Below are positions 43,730 to 55,103 of a stretch of 64,000 nucleotides of DNA, in pieces. The position numbers were made by a program, and so were the translations under genes. The notes beneath the pieces are model-generated. The model ran no database searches. It was given only the letters and a program-made list of their open reading frames with translations, and was not told the origin of the DNA. The stretch is from positions 32,001 to 96,000 of the IMG/VR virus record IMGVR_UViG_3300032298_001038. The stretch is one strand, 5' to 3'. Positions within the stretch are counted from its first letter, which is position 1. The number at the start of each line of letters is the position of its first letter. This DNA comes from a virus.

Positions 43730-44233
43730 TTATGGGTAATTAAATGGAAAACTCTGTTCAGCGCCCGTACCGTTGGCAGTATACGTGCCGCTAAAAAGAA
43801 CACTATCGACGACAAATTTATCCGCTTCAAAATCAAATTTCCACTTACGCACAGTGACTGTACCGAAATTGCCAAAGCCGTTTTCTTTGGTGATTTTTAT
43901 GCGTAACGTATTTTCGCCTTCTTCAAAATCGTCTTTTTTTACTGATTCTTTTGTCACGTCACCACACGACTCGCCCTCAACCTCGTCGCTTGTGCTCCAA
44001 ACTGTACCTGCAAGTTTCATCTCAGGCGCCTTGTGCGCGCCAATGCTTTTATCGTTTAAATAAACTTCCCAGTCGTCGTCGGTGATTGAGTTAACGTTAC
44101 ACATTTCAATTGTGTACTCAAATTCATTGCAGCAGCACGGGTCGTCCTCGTCGGCGAGCACAAGCGGACCACTGCAACCGACAACGCGCAATCTAGGCCC
44201 GCAACACGCATTGATGACAGTGAGTTTGGCCAC
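43730..44233 (-). CDS. Putative structural (tail/baseplate) protein
   Basis: 167 aa, beta-rich, at the end of the tail-fibre block. Confidence 0.55.
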   Translation of the reverse strand: MAKLTVINACCGPRLRVVGCSGPLVLADEDDPCCCNEFEYTIEMCNVNSITDDDWEVYLNDKSIGAHKAPEMKLAGTVWSTSDEVEGESCGDVTKESVKKDDFEEGENTLRIKITKENGFGNFGTVTVRKWKFDFEADKFVVDSVLFSGTYTANGTGAEQSFPFNYP

Positions 44234-44239
44234 GATTCA

Positions 44240-45397
44240 TCACGCCGGGTCTTCTGACTTTACGCCAAACTGAAACGAATTGATTTCAGCGACCGACCAC
44301 CGATCACTCGTTTCAGGATTGTCCAGTATGTATTCCGGTCCACGTGTTTTATACGTGTTGTCTGACATGACATATTTATCGGACAGATCGTACGTCGTTT
44401 CAGAACCCGATTTTCCGATAATACGGTACGCAGAAGCCAAACTGGCGTTTTTGGCTTTCGTGCTAATGCGCACAGCACCTACAAGCGTTCCGGGCGTCAA
44501 ACTACTGGCGTCAATATTTGCCCAATTGTACAGTTGTATTTGATTAAACGCACTTGTACGAATGCCGCTCGTATCTCCGTCGTTGCTATACAGTCGTTGA
44601 TAATTACCGGTGGAGAACCATTGGTTTGCGGTAACCGCGGCGTCAAAATTATCGCTATCTACCGACACGTTTCGCACAACGGTTTCCGGGCCAAGCCATG
44701 TGTTTTCACGCGTACCAGTGTTGTCGACAAGGTAGAGATCGTCGATATAGCAGCCGCTACTTGTATATTGCCGAATACGCCCGTTAACAAATTCGATTTT
44801 TGCGATATTGCTAATTGTTGTCAGATCAGTCTTTTGCAGCGAATTCGAATTAACCAGCGGCATGCCTGCAATATGCATTGCCAATGTGTTTGTCGCGCTT
44901 TCAATATCTAATTCGAATTCGAAATAAATCCATTCATTTATCGCGACGATTTGGCCATGATATTCGCCGCTCAAACCGGCGGTGTAAGTATCAACAATTG
45001 TGTTCGCTTGCACGACATTAATGTTAACGTCTGTACCGTACTCAACTTGTGAATTGCTACTTGTCGGTGTCGTGTCAAACGTTAACGTCAACACAAGAAC
45101 GTTTGAACTGTTATAGAAACGCAAAAATGGTCGACCGCTCGGGTACAGCGCGGTATCGCTGGTTGTTGTAACGTAATTGTGCAATGCAAAACCCAGATAA
45201 AGCGTTTTTGCGGAATGCGTGCCGATGTTTGTCAACGATAGCCGATAATCCAGCGCTTCGTCCCCGTAAAGGTGCATGGAATTAGGGCCGGAGCCGGAAC
45301 GCACGTTGCTGTTCAAACCCATATTCGTTGTGTTAGTAAGCGTCCAGTGATTTTCGTCCAGATCGCGGTTGAACCCGTCAAAGAAAATAATGGCCAT
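44240..45397 (-). CDS. Putative tail/baseplate protein with beta-sandwich (LamG-like) core
   Basis: MAIIFFDGF...W.YFEFE...YIDDLY; Thr/Ser/Asn-rich. Confidence 0.65.
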   Translation of the reverse strand: MAIIFFDGFNRDLDENHWTLTNTTNMGLNSNVRSGSGPNSMHLYGDEALDYRLSLTNIGTHSAKTLYLGFALHNYVTTTSDTALYPSGRPFLRFYNSSNVLVLTLTFDTTPTSSNSQVEYGTDVNINVVQANTIVDTYTAGLSGEYHGQIVAINEWIYFEFELDIESATNTLAMHIAGMPLVNSNSLQKTDLTTISNIAKIEFVNGRIRQYTSSGCYIDDLYLVDNTGTRENTWLGPETVVRNVSVDSDNFDAAVTANQWFSTGNYQRLYSNDGDTSGIRTSAFNQIQLYNWANIDASSLTPGTLVGAVRISTKAKNASLASAYRIIGKSGSETTYDLSDKYVMSDNTYKTRGPEYILDNPETSDRWSVAEINSFQFGVKSEDPA

Positions 45398-45408
45398 AGC
45401 AACCTCAA

Positions 45409-45741
45409 TTACGGCTTATAGGTCAACATGTCTATTGTAACGTTTGTGATTCGTGATTCGTTTTGCGGCCCGGTATACAGCAGCACGTCATGAACGTATT
45501 GCGTTATTGCGTTTATATTTTTTGTTGGGTCTAGGTAGGTCAACGTATTCACATTGAATTGCGTAATACGCGTCGAATTTTGGTTTTGGTTCTCGTAGAT
45601 TAATCTATCGATGACCAGTTGCGTAATGCGTGCGTGCGGTTTTGTTTGGTCCGTGTAGTCGAGCCTATCCAAACTCAGTTGCGTGAGGCGCGTTTCTAGA
45701 AAAGGCTCACGCGGCGTACGAAAACCTAAATGACCGCGCAT
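45409..45741 (-). CDS. Putative structural protein with RITQ repeats
   Basis: Five repeats of (R/A)(I/L)T(Q/N)xxx(D/N)xLxY. Confidence 0.6.
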   Translation of the reverse strand: MRGHLGFRTPREPFLETRLTQLSLDRLDYTDQTKPHARITQLVIDRLIYENQNQNSTRITQFNVNTLTYLDPTKNINAITQYVHDVLLYTGPQNESRITNVTIDMLTYKP

Positions 45742-47594
45742 TATGGCACCAAATCACCGGTGAGAATCCACTGATTATCTGCGATCATAATTAACGTCGC
45801 TGTACTGTATGTATCGCGTAAGGTTGGCCCGGGTGTAGAGAACAGCGTGCAGCCAGAACCAGCCACACACGTTACAGAACCCGAACCAATGTTAATGATA
45901 TCTATGTTTACGCCCGGCAAAATTGTGGTGTATGGACTCGGGAATGAGTACCGTTGTGGCACGGTGATTGTAATGTTTGACGCCGAGTTGCACAGGAGTA
46001 TTTTTCCCGCGTCACTCGCTACGAAAGTGTAATTAGCGCTGACATTTGTAAAACTTTGAGAAAGCGCAAAATTACCTTGAGGTCCGGCAGCGCCGCTTGG
46101 GCCTGTCGGACCTGTTGCGCCGCCGGGCAAACCCTGCGGGCCGGTCTCGCCCTGTGGGCCTGTTGCGCCTGACGGGCCAGCGGGACCTGTGGCGCCAGTT
46201 ATACCGATACCAGTCGCACCACGCAGCCCGGCTGTACCTTGCGGCCCGGTTGGTCCCAAAGGCCCTGTTGGTCCGGTCGGACCAGAAACACCAGTCGCCC
46301 CTGTCGGTCCGTTTTCGCCTTGAATTCCGTCTTCGCCCTGCGGACCTGTTGGTCCGGACGGGCCGGTGGCGCCAAGCGGACCAATTTCACCTTGCGGCCC
46401 TGTAGGCCCGTCGACACCTGTTGGACCAGTTGAACCGACGACACCAGTAGCGCCTGTTTCGCCGGTTTCTCCTTGATCGCCTGTAAGACCAATTAGACCT
46501 GTAGGTCCGGTTTCGCCTTGTGGTCCCGTCGCGCCTGTTTCTCCAGTTGGACCTGTCGGACCTTCAATGCCCGTTGGTCCTGTCGTGCCCTGCAAACCAG
46601 TTGGACCTGTGGCGCCAGATGGTCCTGTTGCGCCAGTTGGACCGGCAATGCCTTGTGGTCCCTGCTCGCCCTGCGGGCCTTCGCTGCCGTTTGTACCCGG
46701 CAAACCCTGCGCGCCCGTGGCGCCTTGAATGCCCGTTGCCCCAGTCGGCCCGGGAATACCGGTCACACCAGTCGCGCCGGTAGCGCCCTGCTCGCCGGTG
46801 TCGCCCGTCAAACCTGTGGCGCCCGTGGCGCCGTCAACACCTGTTGCGCCTGTCGGACCTTCTATACCCGTTGCGCCGCGAAGGCCAGACGCACCTGTCG
46901 GGCCGACGGGTCCATCAACACCTGTTGCGCCTGTTGCACCAGCGCCGCCTTGTACGCCCGAAGCGCCGGTCGCACCTACCGGGCCGAAAGGACCAACCGC
47001 GCCTGTCGCGCCGATTTGACCCATAGGCCCTGTTGCGCCAGTGGGGCCTGTCGTGCCTCGTGGGCCAGTAGGGCCTGTAGTTCCTTGTGTGCCAGTTACA
47101 CCCGTTGCGCCAATGACGCCTGTTGAGCCGGTTACACCTTGCGGACCCGTCGCGCCTGTAATACCTGCGGCGCCAGTAGACCCTTGAATACCAGTCGCGC
47201 CAGTTGCGCCTGTTAAACCTTTTGTACCTTGCGGCCCAGTCGCGCCGCTGGCGCCCATCGGGCCAACCATGCCAGTAACGCCGACAGCGCCGCTTGGCCC
47301 GACAGCGCCTGTAGCGCCCTGCGGTCCCGTGGCGCCACGTACGCCGGTCGCACCGACGCCGATAATCTCCGCGGGAATCTGCGCGACGGGGACTTTACCG
47401 TCGCTGCCAAGGCTCGCGACGCCATTGGGTTGGCCGCGATCGCCCCACGTCAGCGCGCCTAAAATATCTAAAAGGCGACCAACCGTGGTTTTTTTAGTTA
47501 TCGGCGGTTGTGCCTGTTGATCGACAATCGCCAGTAGGTCATCGCGATTCGGCGAATCTTTCAGCGGCAGATCGGATATGCGTTTTTTGGCCAT
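45741..47594 (-). CDS. Collagen-like tail fibre protein
   Basis: Long (G-x-T-G-x-x) collagen repeat; N-terminal KRISDLP module. Confidence 0.88.
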   Translation of the reverse strand: MAKKRISDLPLKDSPNRDDLLAIVDQQAQPPITKKTTVGRLLDILGALTWGDRGQPNGVASLGSDGKVPVAQIPAEIIGVGATGVRGATGPQGATGAVGPSGAVGVTGMVGPMGASGATGPQGTKGLTGATGATGIQGSTGAAGITGATGPQGVTGSTGVIGATGVTGTQGTTGPTGPRGTTGPTGATGPMGQIGATGAVGPFGPVGATGASGVQGGAGATGATGVDGPVGPTGASGLRGATGIEGPTGATGVDGATGATGLTGDTGEQGATGATGVTGIPGPTGATGIQGATGAQGLPGTNGSEGPQGEQGPQGIAGPTGATGPSGATGPTGLQGTTGPTGIEGPTGPTGETGATGPQGETGPTGLIGLTGDQGETGETGATGVVGSTGPTGVDGPTGPQGEIGPLGATGPSGPTGPQGEDGIQGENGPTGATGVSGPTGPTGPLGPTGPQGTAGLRGATGIGITGATGPAGPSGATGPQGETGPQGLPGGATGPTGPSGAAGPQGNFALSQSFTNVSANYTFVASDAGKILLCNSASNITITVPQRYSFPSPYTTILPGVNIDIINIGSGSVTCVAGSGCTLFSTPGPTLRDTYSTATLIMIADNQWILTGDLVP

Positions 47595-47672
47595 AGGCTA
47601 TTCTCGCAGCAAAGAGTTTCTGCCTCATAAAATAGCATATTTTGAACACTCAATCCACTTGCCTTATTTGTA

Positions 47673-47713
47673 AAAAACAAACGCCTACCCGCCAAATAAA
47701 TGACGGGTAGGCG
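47673..47713 (-). terminator. Probable rho-independent terminator
   Basis: CGCCTACCCG/CGGGTAGGCG stem followed by a T-rich tract on the minus strand. Confidence 0.65.
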
Positions 47714-47751
47714 CTGTAATAAACGATAAAGCCGATTAAACGCTGAAAATA

Positions 47752-48105
47752 TCAGCCGTTGTTGGCCGGCGCCGGTTCGACCGGATCGACAGCCGTCACC
47801 GTGCCGTCGTTGTTGTACGAAAACTCGCCAACAACAGCGGCGCCCGGGGCAATCGCTTCAGCCTTGACCGTAGCCAGCAGCGCGCCGATCTTGCCATGAA
47901 GTTCAAACACTTCCTTGGCGTCGGTGCCGAGGGCGGCAGCGATCTCAGACGGCTTCACGCGGGGGTTCTTCCAAAACTGTTGTGCGCCTTGGTTGAACGC
48001 CTGCACGAGTTGCTGGAACGTCATGCGGGCCTGCTGCTTGAGTTGCTGAGCCACGCGGTCAGCAGCGGCGACTTCGGGAACCTGCGGATTATCAAGAACA
48101 CCCAT
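47752..48105 (-). CDS. Hypothetical protein (tail-fibre associated)
   Basis: 117 aa, GGAG RBS. Confidence 0.7.
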   Translation of the reverse strand: MGVLDNPQVPEVAAADRVAQQLKQQARMTFQQLVQAFNQGAQQFWKNPRVKPSEIAAALGTDAKEVFELHGKIGALLATVKAEAIAPGAAVVGEFSYNNDGTVTAVDPVEPAPANNG

Positions 48106-48159
48106 TGTTTAAATCTCCAGAGAAAAGGGCCACACGTGTGAGAACCAGTATACACAATT

Positions 48160-48963
48160 CTATTTACGCCGCCAGACTTCCGCGTTGCTGTATTTCTGCA
48201 TAAGCGCCGGGCCAAGAATCTCAAGGGCTTTCTTCGGTACGGGCGCGACAGCCGGGCGAATTGTGTGCAAGCCCGGAATACGATGCACGTTGACATCGTC
48301 TTCTTTCGTGACCTGCTCTATGTTGACAAAGTTATGCTCAAACGGAGTCTCGCCCAAAAACTCATACACCCGCCGCATGGTCGGACCGGGGTTTTGCGTC
48401 AGGTCGTCAAACTCGACAAACAGCATGGAGTTGGCATAGCCGCGCGACAAGGCGTCTTTAACGCGGTTATAGGCAAGACCCACCGGCTGCCCTTGGCTAG
48501 CCCAGATATCGCAACGGCCGTCGAGCGTTTGGGCTTTGAAATAGTCGGCCTGCTCAAACGCCCACTGACTTTGCCCGGTAGACTTCCGCCAGAGTTGTTC
48601 GAAACTGGCAAGAATCTCAGCAACATCACGAACAGGGACAATAAACTTAGCCGGACCACCTTTGACGAACTCGACCATCTCGATGAGCGAAAGCCAGCCG
48701 CGGCCTTTGTCGACAATGATATCTTTGTCGGTGTTGTGATAAGAGTCTAGGGCGGCAACCATGACCCGTCGCAGTTGGTCGTAGTTGATACCTTCAGCCT
48801 GATGCTCGATCAATTTGTCCCACTGGTTGCGAATGTTGAATAAAACATCGTGGCAACCGGACGTAGCCGGGGACACATAGAACTTGGGATTCTGCGCTAA
48901 GATATTGCATAGCAGCGTGGACCCGGCGCGAGGCAGGCCGCTGATAAAGTAGTGCGTTTTCAT
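48160..48963 (-). CDS. Sulfotransferase family protein
   Basis: 5'-PSB motif ISGLPRAGSTLL; VRDVAEILASF; start refined to MKTHYF. Confidence 0.88.
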   Translation of the reverse strand: MKTHYFISGLPRAGSTLLCNILAQNPKFYVSPATSGCHDVLFNIRNQWDKLIEHQAEGINYDQLRRVMVAALDSYHNTDKDIIVDKGRGWLSLIEMVEFVKGGPAKFIVPVRDVAEILASFEQLWRKSTGQSQWAFEQADYFKAQTLDGRCDIWASQGQPVGLAYNRVKDALSRGYANSMLFVEFDDLTQNPGPTMRRVYEFLGETPFEHNFVNIEQVTKEDDVNVHRIPGLHTIRPAVAPVPKKALEILGPALMQKYSNAEVWRRK

Positions 48964-48995
48964 GCGGGCAAGCGTACACGACCCGACAAAAACGG

Positions 48996-49253
48996 TCAAC
49001 CCAGTTTTTCGGCGAGGAAATAACTGCCCGATTTGAGTCCGATTGACCCGCCGCCTACAGAACTAAACTTTGGAACGATGTACGTCTGGCTTCCCGAATA
49101 CAACAGGAACTCATGTGCGCCGAACGTGTATGTAGTGCCGCTCTGCATGTTGTACACGACCGTGGCCCCTCCGTCGGCTAACGAGTCCCACGAAACATAC
49201 CCACTGTCGTCGTATGAGTTGAGTCCGCCGCCGATGGCTCCGCGGGCTGCACG
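48996..49253 (-). other. Start-less 85-codon open frame continuing in frame after the TGA of 49254..49736
   Basis: RAARGAIGGGLNSYDDSGYVSW...YFLAEKLG*, tail-protein-like composition; fills the intergenic gap. Confidence 0.55.
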
Positions 49254-49736
49254 TCACGCAAACGCCAGCGTAAACGATATGTTGCAATTCCCACTGCAAT
49301 CATACACCTCTACGGTATAGGTGCCATGCGAGAACACAAGTGTGTGGGTGCCATTGGATATGCCGAGAGGCGTGGCGTAGCGTTCATCGTCGTAGTTGTA
49401 CCCCGCCTGCGACCCATTGAAGGTAAATGGTGCCGAGCCGTAAATAATCATTATAGTGCTGCCGCCGGTCTTGGTAAGCGTCGCGGCGCTCAGCGTTTCT
49501 GCCGTTACGGTGAACGAACTGTATTTGCCGTTTACGCCCGAATATGTGAGCGGGCTGGCGGTAGAGCCTTGTCCGCTGACGGTGCCGCTCGTGCGGAACT
49601 GGTAATTACCAGTAGTGATGACAGGCACAGTGAGGGGAGCGACGGCCGTCCAGACCTCAGTTGTGCCAAGATAGACCTTGCTCGGCGTTGCATTGCCAAG
49701 CCGAAACGAGACTACATTCGTGTTGCCGATCTTCAT
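49254..49736 (-). CDS. Tail-fibre-associated (receptor-binding-like) protein
   Basis: MKIGNTNVVSFRLG...KVYLGTTEVW N-terminal module typical of fibre-tip proteins. Confidence 0.72.
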   Translation of the reverse strand: MKIGNTNVVSFRLGNATPSKVYLGTTEVWTAVAPLTVPVITTGNYQFRTSGTVSGQGSTASPLTYSGVNGKYSSFTVTAETLSAATLTKTGGSTIMIIYGSAPFTFNGSQAGYNYDDERYATPLGISNGTHTLVFSHGTYTVEVYDCSGNCNISFTLAFA

Positions 49737-49747
49737 GCTGGCCTCGG

Positions 49748-52700
49748 TCAGTCGGTGATAACGTAGAACGTGCTGGCGTCCTTGGAAGCGAGCGCGTCGT
49801 ATTCGGCTTGCGTCAGGCTGACGATGTTGGTGATCTGGTCGGCACCGGCGATTCCCGTGGTGACGCTGGTGATCGCGCCGCCCGTGTAGGCTGTGGTCTG
49901 TGTTGTGCCATCGGGGAACGTAAGGCCGCCTGTGCCAGACACACCTACAATCTTGAGGTTGTTAACAAACGTGGTGTCCGCAGCGTCGGCTGTGATGGAA
50001 GAACCGATGATGTGAGCGTTTGATTGACTGTTGGTGTTGTTGCTCTGGCCGCCAAGAACCGAAGAATAGGCGCCGCTAGCGGTGTTGTCTTCGCCGCCAC
50101 TGATGGTGCTGCGGTTGCCGCTGGCGGTGTTGTTATAGCCGCCGACAACGCTGTAATTGCCGTTAGCGGTGTTGCTTCTGCCGCCGCTAACGGCGCTGTA
50201 GGCGCCGCTGGCGGTGTTGCCAAGGCCGCCGACGACGGCGCTGTAGTTGCCGCTAGCGGTGTCGCCGCTGCCGCCGCCGACGACGCTGGCGTAGCCACTG
50301 GCGTTATTTTGATTGCCGCCGACGAGGCTGGCGTAGTTACTGGCGTTGTTCTGTCTGCCGCCGCCCACAGTACCGTAGGTGCTGCTAGCAGTGTTATTAT
50401 TGCCGCCGCCGACGGTGCTGCGGTCGCCGCTGGCGGTGTTGTTATAGCCGCCGCTGACGGTGCTGTAGTTGGCGCTAGCGGTGTTCTGTCTGCCACCGCT
50501 GACGGTGCCGTAGTAGCCGCTGGCGTTGTTGTTCTGGCCGCCGCTGACGGTGCTGGAGGTGCCGCCAGCAGTGTTTTGATAGCCACCGCTCACAACGCTG
50601 TACAGGCCGCTGGCGGTGTTGTTTCTGCCGCCGCTGACGGTGCTGCGGTCGTGCGTGGTGGCGTTGTTCCTGCCGCCGCCGACTACGCTGGCGTAGCCAC
50701 TGGCGGTGTTTTGATAGCCACCGCTCACAACGCTGTAAACGCCGTAAGCCTCGTTATCAGTACCGCCACCAACAGTGCTGCCCACCTCACTGGCGGTGTT
50801 CCTCCCCCCGCTGACGGCGCTGTACAGGCCGCTGGCGGTGTTTCCCCGGCCGCCAAGTACGCCGGAGTATGTTCCGCTGGCGGTGTTTTCCCGGCCGCCG
50901 CTGACGGCGCTTCGAGTGCCGCTGGCGGTGTTGCTTTCGCCGCCGCTGACGGTGCTTCGAATGCCGTTGGCGGTGTTGCCTGTGCCGCCGCTAACGGTGC
51001 TGTAGTAGCCGCTGGCGGTGTTGGCACCGTTGACAGGCACAATGCTGTTTGACCCAGAACCGGTTGTGTACGGGCTGGACCCGCCGCCGGACGAGATTTC
51101 CCAGCGATTAGTCGACGTTGAGTAAGCAAGGGTCGCGCCGTTAGTAGCCGAACCGGCCCAGCCCTCTGAACCATACGGGTCAAGAATCCACGGAGACGTT
51201 GCGGCCGTCCACGACGACCCCATGTTGTCAGACTTCAGTACTTGATTCATGCCGGTCGGACTCGGAACAGAAGCAGAAGAAGGCTGTTCAGCCACCCACT
51301 GGTTCATCATGCTGTCCCAAGTCAGCACGTAACCGTCTGTGATACTACCTGCGGGAAAAACGCTTCCGGCTTCCCAGTTGTTATTTAAAGTATTCCACAC
51401 AAGATGCGGCGACGAACTAGAACCGCTGGGTAGGCTGCCAGAGGCGGCAGTGGTTTGAGTTGTGCCGTCGGGGAACGTGATGCCTCGATTGCTGTCCACG
51501 ATCTTCAGCGCATTGACGAATGTCGTGTTCGCAGCGTCGGCTGTGATACCAGAGCCGATGATGTGGGCGTTAGCGTTGTTGTTCGTACTGTTGTTCTGGC
51601 CGCCAAGTACGCTGGAATAGGCGCCGCTAGCGGTGCTGTTGTAGCCGCCGCTGATAACGCCGAAGACGCCGCTGGCGGTGTTGCCCCAGCCGCCGCTGAC
51701 GGTGCTGTAGTCGGTGTTGGCGGTGTTCTGTCTACCGCCGCCGACGGTGCTGATATACCCGCTGGCGGTGTTGCTAAAGCCGCCGCTGACGGTGCTGTAG
51801 TTGCCAAGTGTATCGTTGTTATCACCGCCGCCAACGAAACTGTAACTGCCGGTCGCGTTGTGCGAAAAACCGCCGCAAATAGTCGCCGCGGGGCCGTCAG
51901 CAAGATTAAATTGCCCACCGCATATCAGCGCGTGCGTACTACCAGTTGCCGAATTGTGACTGCCGCCATGTACGGCCGAGTAATTAACAGAAGCCGTGTT
52001 GTCAAAACCACCCCCGACGACGCTGGCGTAGCCACTGGCGGTGTTTTTATAGCCGCCGCTCACAACGCTGGAAACGCCGCTAGCGGTGTTCTGTCTGCCG
52101 CCGCCCACAGTACCGTAGGCGCCGCTAGCAGTGTTATTAATGCCGCCGCCGACGGTGCTGCGGTCGCCGCTGGCGGTGTTGGTACCGTTGACAGGCTGAA
52201 TGCTGTTTGTGCCAGAACCGGTTGTGTACGGGCTGGACCCGCTAGCCGTAGTCTGCGTTGTGCCGTCTGGGAACGTGATGCCTCGACCGCTGTCCACGAT
52301 CTTCAGCCCATTGACAAAGGTTGTGTCCGCAGCGTCGGCTGTGATACCAGAGCCGATGATGTGGGCGTTAGCGTTGTTGTTCGTACTGTTGTTCTGGCCG
52401 CCAAGTACGCTGGAATAGCCGCCGCTAGCGGTGTTGCCTGTGCCGCCGCTGACGGTGCTGGAGATGCCGCTGGCGGTGTTGTTTACGCCGCCGCCTACGA
52501 CGCCATAGCCGCCGGTTACCGAATTCGACCGGCCGCCCGCAACAACGGTATAGCCAGCCGACGCGCTCGACAAATTATTGGAGCCGCCGCCGACCACGGG
52601 ATACACGCCGCCCGCGGCTGTGTTGTTACGCCCGCCGCCGACAAAAGCACCGGTAGTGCCAGCGCTGTTGAGCGCGCCGCCCACCACAGCAGAAATGGCG

Positions 52701-53932
52701 CCACTAGCGACGTTGCTCTCGCCTTCGAGGTTGCTTTCGTTGATCCAGCCGCCACCGGCAACAACGGCGCCAATGCCGTTGGCGGTGTTTTCCCGGCCGC
52801 CGCTCACAGTAGAATAGGTGCCGCTGGCGGTGTTGCCCAAACCTCCGGCGACCGTTGCCTCAGACATGCCGCTAGCGAAGTTGCCGTTGCCGCCGCCGAC
52901 GGTGTTGGCGTAACCGGCTGCGGTGTTGTTTATGCCGCCCAGCACGCTGGAATAGTTTTGGTTGGCAACGTTGTTCTGGCCGCCAAGTACGCTGGAGTAT
53001 GTTCCGCTGGCGGTGTTGTTCTGGCCGCCAAGTACGCTGGAGTATGTTCCGCTGGCGGTGTTGTCTTCGCCGCCACTGATGGTGCTGCGGTTGCCGCTGG
53101 AGGCGTTGCTTTTGCCCCCGCTGACGGCGCTGCACACGCCGCTGGCGATGTTGCCCCAGCCGCCGCCGACTACGCTGGTGGAGCCGCTGGCGGTGTTGTT
53201 TCTACCGCCGCTGACGATGGTAGCGTTCTCGCTGGAGGTGTTGTTAATTCCGCTGCTGACGGCGCTGTATTGGCTGCTGGCGTTGTTGCCAAAGCCGCCG
53301 CAGACCACGCTGTAGTCGCCGCTGGCGGTGTTGTTAATTCCGCTGCTGACGGCGCTGGTGTAGCCGCTGGAGGTGTTGTTCCTGCCGCCGCTGACGGTGT
53401 TGGCGTAACCGGCTGCGGTGTTGTTCTGGCCGCCAAGTACGCTGGAGTATGTTCCGCTGGCGGTGTTGTTACCGGTGACAGGCACAATGCTGTTTGTGCC
53501 AGAACCGTCCGTATACACGCTACTCCCGGCGGTACCTTGCGCACCTGTTGCGCCTTCCGGTCCTGTGGCGCCGGTAGGACCTTCCGGTCCTGTGGCGCCC
53601 GTGGCGCCGTCTAAACCAGCAACGCCTGTGGCGCCCGTGGCGCCGTCTAAACCAGCAACGCCTGTTGCGCCCGTGACGCCGGCTGGACCAGCAACGCCTG
53701 TTGCGCCCGTGACGCCGGCTGGACCAGCAACGCCTGTGGCGCCCGTGACGCCTGTAACTCCAACGCCACTACCACCGCCGCCAGTAGACCAGTTCGCAAC
53801 ATTACCGTCCGCGTCTAACGCGTAGATTTTCTTATCCGCAAGATTCAGCGCCAACTCGCCGGGGACGAGGTCGCTGGCGGCTGGCTCTAAACCGGGAACG
53901 TCACTGCGCTTGTGGCGAATTTTGTTAGACAT
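49748..53932 (-). CDS. Long tail fibre/adhesin with collagen stalk and 14-aa GGxxNTASGxYSxV repeats
   Basis: 1394 aa; three repeat blocks each ending in AHIIGSxITADAAxTTFVNxLKIV...[10 protein letters not shown]. Confidence 0.88.
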   Translation of the reverse strand: MSNKIRHKRSDVPGLEPAASDLVPGELALNLADKKIYALDADGNVANWSTGGGGSGVGVTGVTGATGVAGPAGVTGATGVAGPAGVTGATGVAGLDGATGATGVAGLDGATGATGPEGPTGATGPEGATGAQGTAGSSVYTDGSGTNSIVPVTGNNTASGTYSSVLGGQNNTAAGYANTVSGGRNNTSSGYTSAVSSGINNTASGDYSVVCGGFGNNASSQYSAVSSGINNTSSENATIVSGGRNNTASGSTSVVGGGWGNIASGVCSAVSGGKSNASSGNRSTISGGEDNTASGTYSSVLGGQNNTASGTYSSVLGGQNNVANQNYSSVLGGINNTAAGYANTVGGGNGNFASGMSEATVAGGLGNTASGTYSTVSGGRENTANGIGAVVAGGGWINESNLEGESNVASGAISAVVGGALNSAGTTGAFVGGGRNNTAAGGVYPVVGGGSNNLSSASAGYTVVAGGRSNSVTGGYGVVGGGVNNTASGISSTVSGGTGNTASGGYSSVLGGQNNSTNNNANAHIIGSGITADAADTTFVNGLKIVDSGRGITFPDGTTQTTASGSSPYTTGSGTNSIQPVNGTNTASGDRSTVGGGINNTASGAYGTVGGGRQNTASGVSSVVSGGYKNTASGYASVVGGGFDNTASVNYSAVHGGSHNSATGSTHALICGGQFNLADGPAATICGGFSHNATGSYSFVGGGDNNDTLGNYSTVSGGFSNTASGYISTVGGGRQNTANTDYSTVSGGWGNTASGVFGVISGGYNSTASGAYSSVLGGQNNSTNNNANAHIIGSGITADAANTTFVNALKIVDSNRGITFPDGTTQTTAASGSLPSGSSSSPHLVWNTLNNNWEAGSVFPAGSITDGYVLTWDSMMNQWVAEQPSSASVPSPTGMNQVLKSDNMGSSWTAATSPWILDPYGSEGWAGSATNGATLAYSTSTNRWEISSGGGSSPYTTGSGSNSIVPVNGANTASGYYSTVSGGTGNTANGIRSTVSGGESNTASGTRSAVSGGRENTASGTYSGVLGGRGNTASGLYSAVSGGRNTASEVGSTVGGGTDNEAYGVYSVVSGGYQNTASGYASVVGGGRNNATTHDRSTVSGGRNNTASGLYSVVSGGYQNTAGGTSSTVSGGQNNNASGYYGTVSGGRQNTASANYSTVSGGYNNTASGDRSTVGGGNNNTASSTYGTVGGGRQNNASNYASLVGGNQNNASGYASVVGGGSGDTASGNYSAVVGGLGNTASGAYSAVSGGRSNTANGNYSVVGGYNNTASGNRSTISGGEDNTASGAYSSVLGGQSNNTNSQSNAHIIGSSITADAADTTFVNNLKIVGVSGTGGLTFPDGTTQTTAYTGGAITSVTTGIAGADQITNIVSLTQAEYDALASKDASTFYVITD

Positions 53933-53954
53933 TGTGAATTTTCCTGTTTAATAC

Positions 53955-54188
53955 TTACGAGTATGTGCCGCCGTCGATTTCGTCCGGCAGTTGTAGTGAC
54001 GGAAGTTTGCCGTTTGCATCCAAACTGGCTACACCGCCGGCCACACCACGAAACACGGCAATGATGCTTGACAGCATCGTACGTTTCGTGCTAATCGGCG
54101 TGACGCCTGTGTCAACCAGAGGAACCACATCGGTCGGCAACGGTTCGTCTTTTAGCGGAAGTTGAGATATCTTTTTGTTGGTTGCCAT
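53955..54188 (-). CDS. Short tail-fibre adaptor-like protein
   Basis: KKISQLPLKD...GVASLDANGK parallels the N-terminus of 45741..47594. Confidence 0.7.
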   Translation of the reverse strand: MATNKKISQLPLKDEPLPTDVVPLVDTGVTPISTKRTMLSSIIAVFRGVAGGVASLDANGKLPSLQLPDEIDGGTYS

Positions 54189-54523
54189 GAGTCACGCCTG
54201 AGTGATCTAGCCTTGTGCCGTTGCAGCCAGTTTTTCAACTTTTCTGGCCCCTGATACCCGACCTGCCGGGCAACAACAGTAGTGCCCTCTAGTATAAGAA
54301 AAGTGGGCACACTTTTAATATCGTGCAATTTGACAAGTTCTTTTTCGTTGTCGAAGTCAATATAGCCCCACTCGTAATCTTCGACAATTGAGGGGTCGGC
54401 TTTAATGTCTTCTTTGAACTGCCGACAGGGGCCGCACCAAGGGGCTGTAAAAATAAGCAACTCTGCCGCCTCTACGTTAGCCGCGGCCACCAGTAGAAGC
54501 AGGCAGAGCAACAAGTTTTTCAC
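54152..54523 (-). CDS. Secreted thioredoxin-like protein
   Basis: Signal peptide; FTAPWCGPC; VPT cis-Pro motif. Confidence 0.88.
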   Translation of the reverse strand: MKNLLLCLLLLVAAANVEAAELLIFTAPWCGPCRQFKEDIKADPSIVEDYEWGYIDFDNEKELVKLHDIKSVPTFLILEGTTVVARQVGYQGPEKLKNWLQRHKARSLRRDSWQPTKRYLNFR

Positions 54524-54531
54524 GGCGGGCC

Positions 54532-54834
54532 TCAGTATTCGTCGATATCGTCCTGCTCGTAGTGGTGGCGGTGCTTGTTCTTTTTATCAGAATGCTTTAC
54601 GCCATCCAAACTGTCCGCCGCGCGATTGAGCCATTTGGCTAGTTTACGTGCGTCAATTGCTGTCAGAATGGGCGGCTGATTGCCGTAAACATCGAAAACA
54701 ATTCCTGACTCCACGTGATCGTCTACCTGCCAGTCGCCGGCTTGTATGGCCAGCGTCGGCGCGTCCTTGTTACCGGCTACGGAAGAATTTACGAACTGAA
54801 TACTATCCGGGCGATTTTCAACAATCGTGGCCAC
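54532..54834 (-). CDS. Hypothetical protein
   Basis: 100 aa. Confidence 0.7.
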   Translation of the reverse strand: MATIVENRPDSIQFVNSSVAGNKDAPTLAIQAGDWQVDDHVESGIVFDVYGNQPPILTAIDARKLAKWLNRAADSLDGVKHSDKKNKHRHHYEQDDIDEY

Positions 54835-54837
54835 AAT

Positions 54838-55101
54838 CTACTGCTCCGAAAGGTCGTCAAGAATTACCGGGGTGTACGAGCCAGACCAGAGGTTGGCAAA
54901 TTTACCGAAATACTCGTCGGCGTCTTCTTGCGAAAACCCGTCAGAGAAAAGTTTCTCGTAAATCTTTGTCTTGCTGTACACGGCGACCGGATCGTGGTGG
55001 CCAATGTAACCAACCCCCACCAACGCCGAATGCATGTTTTCTAAAAACACGGCTTCGGGGTTGAGGTCGCCAAGCGCGGCGGCAACTCGTTGAGCGTCCA
55101 T
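54838..55101 (-). CDS. Conserved small phage protein
   Basis: ALVGVG....VAVYSKTKI...FSQEDADEYF..N...YTPV pattern. Confidence 0.72.
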   Translation of the reverse strand: MDAQRVAAALGDLNPEAVFLENMHSALVGVGYIGHHDPVAVYSKTKIYEKLFSDGFSQEDADEYFGKFANLWSGSYTPVILDDLSEQ

Positions 55102-55103
55102 GC

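Noticed and set aside
45741-53932. Diversity-generating retroelement acting on fibre genes
   Set aside because: No reverse transcriptase in the window and no repeat pair differing only at adenines was noticed; the repeats are ordinary coding tandem duplications.
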